Of a stretch of 64,000 nucleotides of DNA, positions 35,501 through 46,277 are shown piece by piece. A program made the position numbers and the translations under genes. The DNA lies in contig LT649243.1 of NCBI GenBank assembly GCA_900128395.1, positions 1 to 64,000 of the forward strand. The letters are read 5' to 3'. This DNA is from Stramenopiles sp. TOSAG23-2. Its lineage: Eukaryota. The notes below the pieces were generated by a model that saw only the letters and a list, made by a program, of their open reading frames with translations, had not been told where the DNA came from and searched no databases. Position 1 is the stretch's first letter. Every line of letters starts with the position of its first letter.

Positions 35501-38365
35501 TTCACGTTACCACGGCAAAGCGGGTCAAAAGATTCAGAAGTTTATGATATGATTTCAAATTTTACTTCAATTGTACTTCGTGGTCTATCTTTACATGTTG
35601 TCATCGCACCAACCGTAGCCATGAACTATTTGCAAGATGTGATTAATACGTTAAATCATTTTGTATTAAGTGTTAATCATAGTGGAAATAAAAAAATCAA
35701 CTTTGTTTCAATTTTGAATTTTTGTAGAACCTTACTTGGTAGCACGAATGCAAGTGTAAGAAACGTTATTGTGGAGAAATATTTTTTAATTGTTATTGAT
35801 ATCGTATTGGCACATTTAACGTATGCTATTTATAGAAAATCGACAATAAAACAATTCAATAGACGTATATATCCCGGGGAAGAGAATTATTTATTAGCGT
35901 TGACATATCAAACGTTTGCAGTATGCTATACTTCATGCCCGCAACACTTACGTTCAAAATATGCTCCAGCTATTATGAAAAAATTGAATTTACTTAGGCA
36001 TCATCGTAAACGAAAAGATGCATTTGATTATGATAATGAAAACGAAGTGATTATCAACAATGCAACGGATACTGGTAATAATATTCCACTTGGATTGAGC
36101 GAGGATAAGGATGATACATTCACCCTTGTTGATTTATTATGTGATTTAGTCTCACGTTACACGTATATGCAAATTAATTTTTTGCCTTTATCATCTAGAC
36201 GTGGTGGAAATAATTTCATGTTTCCAAAACATTCAACATCAGAAAAGACATTTATTTGTTCCTCGTCCTTGTTAACGGTACGTATGGGTATACGAGGGAT
36301 GAGTGAAATTACTGTTCGAGGAGCAACGGGTGCAAAGCAGTGGTTAATACAATCACAACAAGAAAATATGTCTGCTTCGCTTCATCCGCTATTACGACTG
36401 ATGCCAGCAACTGTGGTAAATAGTATGCTGGCATTTAGAAATCGTGCTGCATCTCTTGATTCCAGACGTCGTAGTCCATATATGAGTTCGCCCGTTACAA
36501 ACAGTAATAGTCGTAAATCGTCTCCAAAAACATTAGCATCACCAAAAACGTTGATGATTGGGGAATCTAATTCTGATAATATTAATAACAGTAATATAAA
36601 TAGTAATAATGGTGGCGGTGGAAATGCTGACGATCGAGTTGAAGCTTCTAGTCCAAAACTTGTTATGGTAAATTCAACTTCACATGTAAAAATTTCTAGT
36701 CCAAAAGCTCGGAAAAAGAAATCATTTGAAAATGAAACTAGCGAAGGGATAATAGAGACTGGCTCCCCGTTTTCCCTTAGTACCTCACAGGATGATGGTA
36801 GTTTTGAGCCATCTTTATCTGCTTTTTCACCAATCATGAAGCGTCCTAGAAGTTCTACAGATACAATGTTGGAAATTGGCGTTAACAAGTTAAGTCAAAC
36901 GAGGCAGCTTTTACCAAACAATATTTTACGTTTAACACCTCGCAAAGAAGAAGAAGATGAAGAAGCAGAAGAAGGGGAAACAGAAGAAGAAAATAGTAGG
37001 GATAAAATTGTCAAGGATTCAGAGTGTAAAACATTGTTGATGCAAATGGCAATTGGACCACCAAAATCTAGATTACGAAATCGTGCTCGGTCGGAAGGTC
37101 AAATTGTTTATGCTGAGGTTAGTAATATGGCAATGAATACAAAATCTATTTTGAAACAGATGGAAAATAATTTACAACAGAAACAAAAAGAAGAATCCAC
37201 TAGTATTTCTGAGAAAATTATGGCAAATAATATGAAGGAGGAAACGAAATTAAAAAGCGAGGAAGACAATCGTTTGATTATGGAAGAAAGTAATTTAACA
37301 GAAGATAACGCAAAAGATGATAAAAACGATGGTGGTATGCGTAAACAAGCAACTGATCCACCACGTAATAATGATAAGACGGTCGAGGCTGTTGTTGTTG
37401 CTGATAATGAAAATGAGCATACAATTGAATATGAACAAACCCTAAACCCTCCACCAAATTCACCTGTAGATCGTAATTCAAGGAATAGTAATGGTAGCGC
37501 GTCAATATTTGATGATTTAAGAGCATCTGCTCCAAATGTTGTCGATCCATTCTTCCTCGTCTCGCAATTACATATAGCTAGTAATGAAACGTTGCGGCTA
37601 ATACCATCTGAATCAAACACATTACGACGTGCGTTAGCTGTTTTGGACCGGACACCATGTGCTGACACGCATAAAATCGGTTTAATTTACGTTCCGCCAG
37701 GAGCAGTGGATGAATCGGATATATTGTCTTCCAGCACTGCATCGTATGGATTTTTAGAATTAATGTCACGTTTAGGAGAATATGTTAAATTAGAAGATTG
37801 TGAAAGCCAAGGTGTTTATAATGGCGGGCTTGATTGTTCTCGTGGTGGTAGTGATGGTGAATATAGCTTGGCATGGAGGAATGAATGTTGTCAAATAATG
37901 TTTCATTGTACATTGTTAATGGTAAATCCTGCAGATAGTAATGATGAAATGAAGAAACGAAGTAAGAGCCGAACTTCTCCATATTTATCAACAGTAAATA
38001 AGAAACGCCATGTTGGAAATGATTTTGTTCACATCATATATACAGATAATCCAAGTGTAGAGGAATATCCATATGATCAAGAAACCATGCCGGGTCAATT
38101 TAACTGTGTTCATATAGTCATAAGGCCATTAGATACTGGATTTTTCCGTGTAGATGTCAAAGCAAAACCAAATGTTCCACGTTTTGGACCTTTAGAACGT
38201 GGATGCCATGTATTGGCAAAAGATAGTTTAGCTAATATTGTTCGTGAAACAGCTGTACAAGCTGATATTGCATGTAGATTTTTAACTGAAATGAATGGCG
38301 GAACATATATAAGCCATACAATGGAACGTTTAAAACAAATTAGGAGAATGGAAGAAAGGTTGTAG
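32543..38365 (+). CDS. TSC2: Tuberin (TSC2)-like Rheb/Rap GTPase-activating protein
   Basis: N-terminal helical region with ILRGTVFFVGMSTWG and RLIKKYG..L.VEWDII. C-terminal Rap-GAP domain with RALAVLD, THKIGLIYV, IMFHCTLLM, KKRHVGNDFVHIIY and GQFNCVHIVIRP. Confidence 0.85.
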   Translation: MTSRTSLPSLLNSLKTNKKTRDDVFQMFKEICRILKSRDLHERNRAFKVLAACIKHQQDSIAGIRLEILEVLCKHPKDWGLKQEIVRTMLEYTRGDVDAKYIVGSEEFQYILKTWTVESEDFEHLSSIIIRAMKLGFDKIPKNYIIELITEKICKDADEAVTNKNIAVIKRCMHLADTVVRYGYVDAKCIDNFIKILCRTVNVRSAESWRIMQCLLRSERGLIFQYGLLKLLDNSDKVLPIALRPGILRGTVFFVGMSTWGSQKVMTLKSPFPAILPSFRNVLKCEDVTVISEVLLSFQRLIKKYGSTLRVEWDIIFDILKIVFTQFDNQNKHNKKKSKSSSQGITSEITSTTKISSSSMSKPDNYDNKNNTNSRNNNNEKKTISKVNKRNSPFPEIISSYFTAPTKDNTASSSNQKRKIELQTSSSSSAKRNGDSINSNDLRGSNNNNHKSSLKLPKQIHDEICKMINSIDRLIQTNSYFGSQANFYVIVELFQGILPLPILKRLLFHKLENAHPAKDGWIMHLKDLIQKFFYEQKRYVELRLEALSAIQEILVLSAHIGDDEITNEIILPYMNNIFNDKSAEVRKKGLHFLIETARQKYYKGFDTVLKILENCLLNSMYEDAQLMAINGLKSLLSSTLDHVPCERPMAILDLIYYFLDDSKNPKVRETCLECLLHLRGDDKNRCQWVDTRVRTSNFLLCSGAPPADFIGVLPMSRYFDVLINRLTIEKDAYVLHLTMRVILTMIQNRFIIQSVPLGPLATKLCTLITSIFEGKIQLNAERLDGLFKNEPFHLVQRSLSRQQSSNGSMMEENEENFNAPSSVLYGKGSTFSSSSSRPNSRDSNNFSPFSSDGSVTSGSGENVQVPFQDTGISTLYRMLSTPLSSPITSPETTPMASPRKQQRRGNHNSIMVKTPDSDTASTESYYSDNIYIAADGKVINQQGPFSIAKIAERALNILCILAGCHGSLPFHVEDDIFRCFVGVLECFTLPRQSGSKDSEVYDMISNFTSIVLRGLSLHVVIAPTVAMNYLQDVINTLNHFVLSVNHSGNKKINFVSILNFCRTLLGSTNASVRNVIVEKYFLIVIDIVLAHLTYAIYRKSTIKQFNRRIYPGEENYLLALTYQTFAVCYTSCPQHLRSKYAPAIMKKLNLLRHHRKRKDAFDYDNENEVIINNATDTGNNIPLGLSEDKDDTFTLVDLLCDLVSRYTYMQINFLPLSSRRGGNNFMFPKHSTSEKTFICSSSLLTVRMGIRGMSEITVRGATGAKQWLIQSQQENMSASLHPLLRLMPATVVNSMLAFRNRAASLDSRRRSPYMSSPVTNSNSRKSSPKTLASPKTLMIGESNSDNINNSNINSNNGGGGNADDRVEASSPKLVMVNSTSHVKISSPKARKKKSFENETSEGIIETGSPFSLSTSQDDGSFEPSLSAFSPIMKRPRSSTDTMLEIGVNKLSQTRQLLPNNILRLTPRKEEEDEEAEEGETEEENSRDKIVKDSECKTLLMQMAIGPPKSRLRNRARSEGQIVYAEVSNMAMNTKSILKQMENNLQQKQKEESTSISEKIMANNMKEETKLKSEEDNRLIMEESNLTEDNAKDDKNDGGMRKQATDPPRNNDKTVEAVVVADNENEHTIEYEQTLNPPPNSPVDRNSRNSNGSASIFDDLRASAPNVVDPFFLVSQLHIASNETLRLIPSESNTLRRALAVLDRTPCADTHKIGLIYVPPGAVDESDILSSSTASYGFLELMSRLGEYVKLEDCESQGVYNGGLDCSRGGSDGEYSLAWRNECCQIMFHCTLLMVNPADSNDEMKKRSKSRTSPYLSTVNKKRHVGNDFVHIIYTDNPSVEEYPYDQETMPGQFNCVHIVIRPLDTGFFRVDVKAKPNVPRFGPLERGCHVLAKDSLANIVRETAVQADIACRFLTEMNGGTYISHTMERLKQIRRMEERL

Positions 38366-38807
38366 ATGTAAATAATGCACGGTGCGTATGTATAGTATGT
38401 GTTTTTGTTCTGTCATTTAAGTAAAAATATATTTTGAAACTTTTTTGTGCATGTGTATACCAGTATACATATTTACATCTACAGTAGAGAGGAGGGAAAG
38501 GAGAAGAGGGGAGGAAGGAAGAGGGAAGAAATTTTCCTTTAAATCTTGTTGAGCTTAAATATTTTATATCTAAAGATTTTATATATATTGTGTGTGAAAA
38601 AATTTATGGTTTTTAAAAATCTAGAGCGATACAGAGTATATACGATTCTCGTACTTCGTATCATATAATATAATACGAATACAGTACATATCCCCTTTCC
38701 CCCTTCCATGTATGTGTTACGTCGTACATATTTCTCATTATATACTATTGTTCACACCCCTTTTGTTTTGATATTAATCCCCGTGTATGATGTATACTTC
38801 GTATAAT

Positions 38808-40091
38808 TCAATCTCTCCAACCATAGCTATTTGATCTTTTCGTCCTCTTTGTACTTGACGTGTTTCTAGTCATGTCATTATTCACACTTAATTTTGGAAT
38901 GTTTTTCTTATTTTCAACACCTTTACCTGGTACAAAACCAGTCGGTAAAACAATATTAGGTAATATTTTAGAATCATTGAAATCTTTTACTGTATCATTT
39001 AATGCAAAATTATCGCTTAATAAATTTCTAGTCATTGTATTATCATCATCATTTGCAGAAGATGCATTATTGTTATTATTATTTTCCCCAACAAATTCTT
39101 CATATGGAAATGCCCATTTATGTGCATATGCAATCATTAACATTTCAACACATAGACATAAATTATTTAAACCAGTTTTAACATCTTCGGTAGTAAATTT
39201 ACCTAAATCATGAATTAAATGAAAACGTGATAAAATTGCTAATAAAACACTTTGCCAAAAACTTAGAAAAAGTACTGCTTTTATACATAAAAATTTTGGC
39301 ACTGGAGAATACGGTTTTAAAGATTTTTTAAATGCTACATAAAATAATACAAGAATATATGCAGCATATGTAATAGACAAATTTTCCATAAATGTAACAT
39401 ATAGATATCCTTTATCATATGCAAATGTACCTTGATCATATACATCATTAAATTCACAAATAGCTGCAATTACAGTGAGGGTTGGTTTTAAAATTACAAA
39501 CTGGATGGTACCTCTTTTACATTTTTTAATGAAGGTCCGGTCAAGTTTCCAATCTTGCATACAATATTTAAATGGAAACATATGATGTACAATTTTTTTA
39601 TCATGGTGATTATCTTCAGCATCATCTTCTTCTCTTTCTTCAGTTAATCCTTCTTCTGTAGATGATACAATATTATTAAAATTATTATCCAAATGATCTA
39701 AAAATAAATGTTCACCACCATATTCTTTTGATAAATAATTTATCATTAACGATAAAAATAAATGTATAACATATGCTTCATAACAATCACGAAACATATC
39801 TAAATATACAGACGCTTTGATGAATCGAAGTGATAACCACGAATCTATCGCAAATATTGGTACAATCCATAATATTCCAACAATTTTACGTTGTATTTTC
39901 GGCGTAGTAAAATTGGCAAGGTGAGAATTAATTAAACGTAACGAAACGACACAAGCTAAAAAAGAACATATACCTGCAAAAATCCACGATAATAATTGTA
40001 AAATATGTATTAATTCCTCTTCACTATTTACATATGGTATGATGGTAGACGATGGTTTGGTGGTAGCGTTGTTGTTGGTGGTAATGGTCAT
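38808..40091 (-). CDS. TMEM184/OST-alpha family transporter
   Basis: ILWIVPIFAIDSWLSL, RDCYEAYVI, QFVILKP, PKFLCIKAVLFLSFWQ and CVEM...AHKWAFPY. Likely ATG at 40091. Confidence 0.92.
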   Translation of the reverse strand: MTITTNNNATTKPSSTIIPYVNSEEELIHILQLLSWIFAGICSFLACVVSLRLINSHLANFTTPKIQRKIVGILWIVPIFAIDSWLSLRFIKASVYLDMFRDCYEAYVIHLFLSLMINYLSKEYGGEHLFLDHLDNNFNNIVSSTEEGLTEEREEDDAEDNHHDKKIVHHMFPFKYCMQDWKLDRTFIKKCKRGTIQFVILKPTLTVIAAICEFNDVYDQGTFAYDKGYLYVTFMENLSITYAAYILVLFYVAFKKSLKPYSPVPKFLCIKAVLFLSFWQSVLLAILSRFHLIHDLGKFTTEDVKTGLNNLCLCVEMLMIAYAHKWAFPYEEFVGENNNNNNASSANDDDNTMTRNLLSDNFALNDTVKDFNDSKILPNIVLPTGFVPGKGVENKKNIPKLSVNNDMTRNTSSTKRTKRSNSYGWRD

Positions 40092-40604
40092 GGTGTTATA
40101 TTTTATTGTTGTATATATATATATATATAGCTTGCTCTTCAAATATATTGTATATTCTTCAATCAATCATTTGTTATATAGTCGTCTAGTTTTTTAGTTT
40201 TTTATTATTGATTTGTGTTTGTGTGTATATGTATAAATTCAACGTTTTTGAAATATTCTTCTTCATCTCATTCACTGCAACCACTCTCTGTTTTTTTTCT
40301 TCCGAAAAAAACTTTTATTATAATAATATTAATAACCTTAAACTATAATAATAAAAACAACCCCCTTACCCCCTTCTTCTTGTGATTTCAGGATTTAGAT
40401 TTGTGCATTTCTCAGTTTGAATTAATAATTTAGAAATTGTATACGAGAGTACGGATGTATTATATGTATATCCACAACAAATAAATTGTCTGTGTGTATG
40501 TGATAACACAATCAATTAGTTATAGATTATTTATTAAACGACATATTATTGGTTTTATTATATATTTTAAACAGTGAATATTAAAAAAAAACAAAAATTT
40601 TAAA

Positions 40605-41846
40605 ATGGAAGATGTGAAATCTATTTTTATCACATTTTTTCAATCATTTTTTAATTTATGGTTTATTGGTTTAATAGCGTTAATTTATATATTATTATAT
40701 TCTTTACAAGATGCATTGATATACCATCCACGTAATTATCATGGAAGATATCAAAATTATTATCATAAAGCAGAAAATGTTGCAAAATCTTCGTTAAAGA
40801 TGCCAAATGGAGGTATGATAAAAAATATCCAATATGTAACAACAGATAAAATAAAACATACAGCATATTGGATTCCTCCATTTAAACGTGATTATTTTAA
40901 AAGATGTAATGATGAATATTTACAAAAAATAAAAGAGGATCAGTCTGAAAATGTATTACCACATTTTGAATTATGGATAACTGGTAATGGTAATGCAGGA
41001 TTAGCAAAAGATTGGTTAGCATTTTCAGCTGAATATGTCAAGAAACAATATGATCGTAAAGCATCCTCTTTGAAAAAAAAATATGTCCCGATATCATTTT
41101 TGTTAATAGATTATCCAGGATATGGTGCAAATGTTGGTGGAATGCCATCACCATCTAGTATTTTAGAATCATACCAATTAGCTGTAAATATTGTACAAAT
41201 TGAAATGAGAAAATATTTTAGTGCAACAAATATTAAAAAATGTAATGAAAAAATTTATGGTAATAATAATAATGATCAAAATGATAAAAATCGTCATCTT
41301 CATCATCATCATTATTATCATGGATTAAATTTTAAATTAAATGCTATAGCACATTCAATTGGAAGTAGTGCTGTTCTTCAATATGGTGCTACAACACTTG
41401 GTGATCGAAAATTACATATTCATAAATATATATTAATTTCACCATTTAGTAGTATGTTTGAAATGACAAAAGTTGTTATAGGCCCATTACCATTTGTGAA
41501 ATACATGTTACAACATGATTGGGATAATTTAAGATATGTGAAACAAATTAGTGAATGTCATAATTGTAATGAAAAGGAACGTGTAAGATATAATAAAAAT
41601 GGTGTTACAATTAATATCTTTCATGGAACAAAAGATGAAGTTGTTCCATTTCGTATGGGTCAAGAAGTATATGAATTTGTGATGGAGAAGTTAGTGAATG
41701 GTAAGATGATGATTGATTCTCGTGGTGAAAATGATGTAGAGATGATGTTTCATACAAAATTTACATCGATTAATGGTGCAAATCATAATAATATTGTGAG
41801 TGTAGGAAAAAATGAAATTATGAATCAGATGTTGAAGGAGTTTTGA
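40605..41846 (+). CDS. ABHD13/ABHD17-like alpha/beta hydrolase with an N-terminal TM anchor
   Basis: LQDALIYHP, GNGNAG, IDYPGYG, nucleophile AHSIG, ISPFSS, HGTKDEVVP and GANHNN give a Ser-Asp-His triad. Confidence 0.88.
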   Translation: MEDVKSIFITFFQSFFNLWFIGLIALIYILLYSLQDALIYHPRNYHGRYQNYYHKAENVAKSSLKMPNGGMIKNIQYVTTDKIKHTAYWIPPFKRDYFKRCNDEYLQKIKEDQSENVLPHFELWITGNGNAGLAKDWLAFSAEYVKKQYDRKASSLKKKYVPISFLLIDYPGYGANVGGMPSPSSILESYQLAVNIVQIEMRKYFSATNIKKCNEKIYGNNNNDQNDKNRHLHHHHYYHGLNFKLNAIAHSIGSSAVLQYGATTLGDRKLHIHKYILISPFSSMFEMTKVVIGPLPFVKYMLQHDWDNLRYVKQISECHNCNEKERVRYNKNGVTINIFHGTKDEVVPFRMGQEVYEFVMEKLVNGKMMIDSRGENDVEMMFHTKFTSINGANHNNIVSVGKNEIMNQMLKEF

Positions 41847-41906
41847 AGGGTGAGGGTTATATAGGGATATATTGTAGTTGGTAGTATATAAATATATATA
41901 TATTAA

Positions 41907-44900
41907 TTAGAATGTGTATATCACCATCCCTCCTTCCACTTGTTGATACCCGTTTGATCCATCTAGTTTATATTGTATTATAGCATTTAATTGTGATTTC
42001 ATATTATCACTAAGTTGATTATTATATAGGTACAATGTCCTTAATGTATTGTTTGTTTTTAATCCATCAATAATACTTTGTATTCCACCATCATCAGTAA
42101 TATTATTATTATCTAGGTCCAATCTCGTTAATGTATTGTTTGATTTTAACAATTCACCAATAGCTAATGCATCCTCATCCATGAGTTTCTTTCCACTCAA
42201 ATCCAAATTTGTTTTCCCATCAAATTCTTTTTCCCATTTAATATATGCAGCACTTTTGTTTATGTCTACTGCGTTGGTGTTATCATCTTCTTGGTCATTT
42301 GTATCATTTAACTCAACATTAATATCTTCTAAAACATTAAATAGTGATTGCTTCGGTTGACCTAACTTTTGCTCTATGTTTTCTGGGATATTATTTACAT
42401 TAATAAAAGCTTGTTTTACCTTCTTGACTTTGGCGGGTGCTTTCGCTTCCATTGGCTTCTCTACGTTTGAAGGCATTTTATCATCTACTATCGTCTCTTC
42501 ACTAGGTTTGCTTTGCACTTTGAGCTGCTTTGTGGATGTATTGTTGGTATCTAAATTCTTACGATCATTCTTCTTATTTTCAATTTTCGTCATCAATTTA
42601 CTTTGCTTATCATACACTACTTTATTACTTTTTTTTGAATCTTCCATTTGGCTTTTATCCAGTTCTGTATCTGTCCATATACTATGATAAAGTCCATATT
42701 GTACAGGCTTATCAACTATACCAACAAATAATTTTGCTCGTGTAATAGCACGATATACAGATGCTTTTTTCTTATCTAGTATCGACTCTTCGTCATCATC
42801 TTTTATTGTTTCATCAAAACCAACAACAATTGCAGCATCGTATTCTAAACCATCTTGATTTGAAATAGTATCAACAACTATTTGTACTGATTTATGTCTT
42901 AATTGTGGAAATGTACCAAACATTGTTTCTGCATTGAAAAATTCAAAATCCATTTCAAGACCTTTCTCGTCAATTTTATCTCGCAATTTCATCGTAAACT
43001 CATCTACGGTTAATGAGGGATTATCATCTGGTAATATGATCACAACACGACCACGGCTTAATAGGAACCATCCAAGATCTTTCTCGTCTTTCATTGCAAA
43101 AACAGGTTTAACATGCTCTAAAGCATTAATAGTTCTCATAATATATTGTGTTATTGTATCATTATTATTATCATCATCCTTGTTGGAATCGACAATTAAA
43201 AATGGTTCAATGGGACTTCCAAATTCCTTATTTTTACATGATGGTGTTTCTACATATTTTCTATATAAATGAGAGAACAAGGTAATTGCCTGTGTTGAAC
43301 GTACAACATCACGAAGTTCAATATTGTAAACTTCTGCTTGGCGTTTGTGTATTCTTTTATCACGATTCATTGCCTCGTTTATTCTATCATTAATATCTTC
43401 ATTTGCATTGGCACCTTGATTATTGTCTGAAAGCACTACACGATGAGTCGCTTTCTTAAAATATTCATATATATTTTCCCATATATGCATATCATCATTT
43501 TCATGAATAATATGATGCGCTTCATCAATTACGGCTAAATCATAATTTTGAACTGTCTCATCCTTATCAATTTCAACAAATTTCAAATACGCATTACCTT
43601 GCTCATTTAGTTGAAGTATAGCTTTGTGTGGCTTTTCATTAGTCTTTCTTGTACAAAAATGGATACGATTTAAAATCGATTCTGGATCATGCCGTACTGC
43701 GTCATTATTATTATCATTCTCTTCTCCCTTGGTCTCGTCATCACCACGTTTAACTTTCCTACTTAACATACGTATTAATATCCATCTTGCAAAAAAATAA
43801 GCAAATCCATTTTGTGTGCATGCAAAAAGTATGTTTGCATTTGGATTTTCTATTAACATTTTACATATAAAATATAAACCTAAAAATGTTTTACCCGTAC
43901 CAGCAAATCCTTTTATGTGAACACATCCAATGTTATGTTTTTCGTTTGCATTGTATTTCTCGTATTCATTGTATTTCTCTTCTTGTTCAATGGTTAATTC
44001 ATCTTGTGCTAATAATTTGTTTTTGCAAATTTCCTGAAGCATACTTAGCATTTTAAATGATACGTTTTCAACTGATATGTTCTCAACCAATACTTCTTTC
44101 AATTTCATTTCTTGTTTAATGCGATCTATCTCCTTTCCATCATTTTTGTTTAAAGCAGCAACAACTTTTGCAAAGTTTTCTGGTTTTTCAATAAAGTTGA
44201 AAAACAATTTTAAAAAAGGTGTATGATTATTTGATGCTTGCAGAAGGAGCAATTCTTTTATATGTTCAGTGTATATTTTTTTAATTTTAACATCGTTTTC
44301 TTTAAAAATGGGATCTCCACCTTGACCATCTTCCGATAAATTAAATATTGGATCAGAAACGTTGATATTCTTAAATTCTGTCGTTATATTTTTTACCTTC
44401 AATGCTACAGCAGTTTTTCCACATTCAAAAGCATCTTTGGGCAATTTACCGCCTTTAAAAAGCTCATAATAAAAATCTTCGCTTATAATAGGGGCAGCAC
44501 CAGAACAAACTTTTTTCTCAAAACCGTATGAATATAAGCCACCTTTTTCAATAAAATGTTGCACAACATTACTATCGTCACTGGCTGTTTCACACGCACT
44601 CATCGTAAATAATGTAACACCATGTTGAATTAATGTTTCGATAAACTTATCATATTCAATTCGCTCTATAGTATATGGTTTGGTTGTTATATCAAGAAAG
44701 AAAAGGCCTAAAATTTTATTTAGGATTTCAGCGTTTCCATGACCAATAAAGTGACAATATTGATATTTTTTTGATCGTATTTGTTTGTAGAACTTAAGCA
44801 CAGAACCTTTAAATATATCTGCACCTGTAATTTTTTGAATTTCCTCTGCTTCCTTTTTACTTTCTTCAAAATCAACAGCTAAATAAATTATACCTTTTGC

Positions 44901-46277
44901 ATTGCGATACAAAGTTGTTAGAATATGATTACCATGCTGATTTTGCTCTAACATTTCTATTTTTTCAAGTATTTCTTTAAATTTTAGATTCATAAAATTA
45001 TTAAGTTTTGAATCTTTCGATTTAACATAGTTGATGAACATCTTTAATCTTAATACCGCGTTTGTTACACGTTCAGATATTTTTGTTTGTTCCTTAGAAT
45101 TTTTCTTTAGACTTGCATCCATACAGTCCACATACTGTTGTATCCCTTTTGTATCTTTCGTAATTTTAATTTGCTTTTGCAATAATTCTTGGATACAAGC
45201 AAATATCAGTGCATCTTTAGCATTAGTATCGACAAGTAATCGTTTTCCTTCTTTTACATCGCCCTTTTCATCATATAGAGAGTAATTTTTTTCATCCACT
45301 TTGTCTTTATAACATATAGTTCCATCATCTTCTTCATCATTACTTTTTACCAATGTTATTTCAGATCCATCTTCCAATCTCACTAATTGAATCTTTTCGT
45401 TCTCTGGTAAATCCGGGTGTTGAAATATTTTCCATAATTCTTCTGCTATAAAACCAGCAGTCAAAATACCTGAATTTTTCCATTTGTAAATATATAGTCT
45501 TAAACGATCAAGTTTATATAATATAGATTTTTTTTCTAATTCACCCTTTATTATTTTAAATGCGGAATGGGATAGTACAGTTAATTGATCAGTAATTACT
45601 GTAATAAATTTCGCATGATTTGCATGGACAAAATTTGCTTCAATTTTGTGTTTTGATGAATTATTAGTTACTTCATTATTATTATCATCGTAAAGAGGTT
45701 GGACTATATTCGGTGGCCTTGCTCTACCATTTTGTAAACCTACTTGTAAATTACTATTTTCTAACAATTTATTTCGTACATCTTTACGTTTCCCATCTGC
45801 TTGTCTTTTGGGAATATACACTCGTTTTGTATATATTACAGAAAAAACTAACAGACTAGGGTCAATACGTTGTTGGTGGGAAAGTTGCTGTTTGTTATTA
45901 TTATTGTTGTTATCATTATCGCTACTTGCTGTTAAAGGTTTGACGATTGTAAAATCAACTTTTTTTGTATTGCCAGCATTATCTTTGCACATAATAAAAT
46001 GTGGCTCGAACATTCTTTTTTGACTTGAATTATGAGGTATTTTATTACCTTTTTTGGGATCAAGTGGATCTCCCTCCAATGTAATCCCATCTTTACTCCA
46101 GAAGTATTCTTTATTTCCAAGAGGATTCAACAAATGAACCTCATGTTGAAGCGCTAAAACTTGAAATGCACGACGATTTTTATCAATTAAATATGAGGTA
46201 TATGGTACATCTTCTTTCCCCTTTTTAACTCGTATTTTAATTTGGTGGTTTCCTTGTTGATTTGTTCTAGTTGCCAT
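41907..46277 (-). CDS. CHAT (caspase-like) protease - Schlafen-type SF1 helicase/NTPase - LRR fusion protein
   Basis: CHAT dyad HFIGHG (His near 44740) and MSACET (Cys near 44593), plus SEDFYYELF. Helicase motifs GFAGTGKT, VIDEAHH, LSDNNQ, LRDVVRST, DTISNQDGLEY and YRAITRAK. C-terminal LRRs LTRLDLDNNNITDDG and LRTLYLYNNQLSD. Confidence 0.82.
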   Translation of the reverse strand: MATRTNQQGNHQIKIRVKKGKEDVPYTSYLIDKNRRAFQVLALQHEVHLLNPLGNKEYFWSKDGITLEGDPLDPKKGNKIPHNSSQKRMFEPHFIMCKDNAGNTKKVDFTIVKPLTASSDNDNNNNNNKQQLSHQQRIDPSLLVFSVIYTKRVYIPKRQADGKRKDVRNKLLENSNLQVGLQNGRARPPNIVQPLYDDNNNEVTNNSSKHKIEANFVHANHAKFITVITDQLTVLSHSAFKIIKGELEKKSILYKLDRLRLYIYKWKNSGILTAGFIAEELWKIFQHPDLPENEKIQLVRLEDGSEITLVKSNDEEDDGTICYKDKVDEKNYSLYDEKGDVKEGKRLLVDTNAKDALIFACIQELLQKQIKITKDTKGIQQYVDCMDASLKKNSKEQTKISERVTNAVLRLKMFINYVKSKDSKLNNFMNLKFKEILEKIEMLEQNQHGNHILTTLYRNAKGIIYLAVDFEESKKEAEEIQKITGADIFKGSVLKFYKQIRSKKYQYCHFIGHGNAEILNKILGLFFLDITTKPYTIERIEYDKFIETLIQHGVTLFTMSACETASDDSNVVQHFIEKGGLYSYGFEKKVCSGAAPIISEDFYYELFKGGKLPKDAFECGKTAVALKVKNITTEFKNINVSDPIFNLSEDGQGGDPIFKENDVKIKKIYTEHIKELLLLQASNNHTPFLKLFFNFIEKPENFAKVVAALNKNDGKEIDRIKQEMKLKEVLVENISVENVSFKMLSMLQEICKNKLLAQDELTIEQEEKYNEYEKYNANEKHNIGCVHIKGFAGTGKTFLGLYFICKMLIENPNANILFACTQNGFAYFFARWILIRMLSRKVKRGDDETKGEENDNNNDAVRHDPESILNRIHFCTRKTNEKPHKAILQLNEQGNAYLKFVEIDKDETVQNYDLAVIDEAHHIIHENDDMHIWENIYEYFKKATHRVVLSDNNQGANANEDINDRINEAMNRDKRIHKRQAEVYNIELRDVVRSTQAITLFSHLYRKYVETPSCKNKEFGSPIEPFLIVDSNKDDDNNNDTITQYIMRTINALEHVKPVFAMKDEKDLGWFLLSRGRVVIILPDDNPSLTVDEFTMKLRDKIDEKGLEMDFEFFNAETMFGTFPQLRHKSVQIVVDTISNQDGLEYDAAIVVGFDETIKDDDEESILDKKKASVYRAITRAKLFVGIVDKPVQYGLYHSIWTDTELDKSQMEDSKKSNKVVYDKQSKLMTKIENKKNDRKNLDTNNTSTKQLKVQSKPSEETIVDDKMPSNVEKPMEAKAPAKVKKVKQAFINVNNIPENIEQKLGQPKQSLFNVLEDINVELNDTNDQEDDNTNAVDINKSAAYIKWEKEFDGKTNLDLSGKKLMDEDALAIGELLKSNNTLTRLDLDNNNITDDGGIQSIIDGLKTNNTLRTLYLYNNQLSDNMKSQLNAIIQYKLDGSNGYQQVEGGMVIYTF

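Noticed and set aside
43000-43910. NACHT/NB-ARC STAND NTPase in the CHAT-LRR protein
   Set aside because: The DEAH Walker B and the downstream GLE and TRAK motifs indicate an SF1 Schlafen-like helicase.
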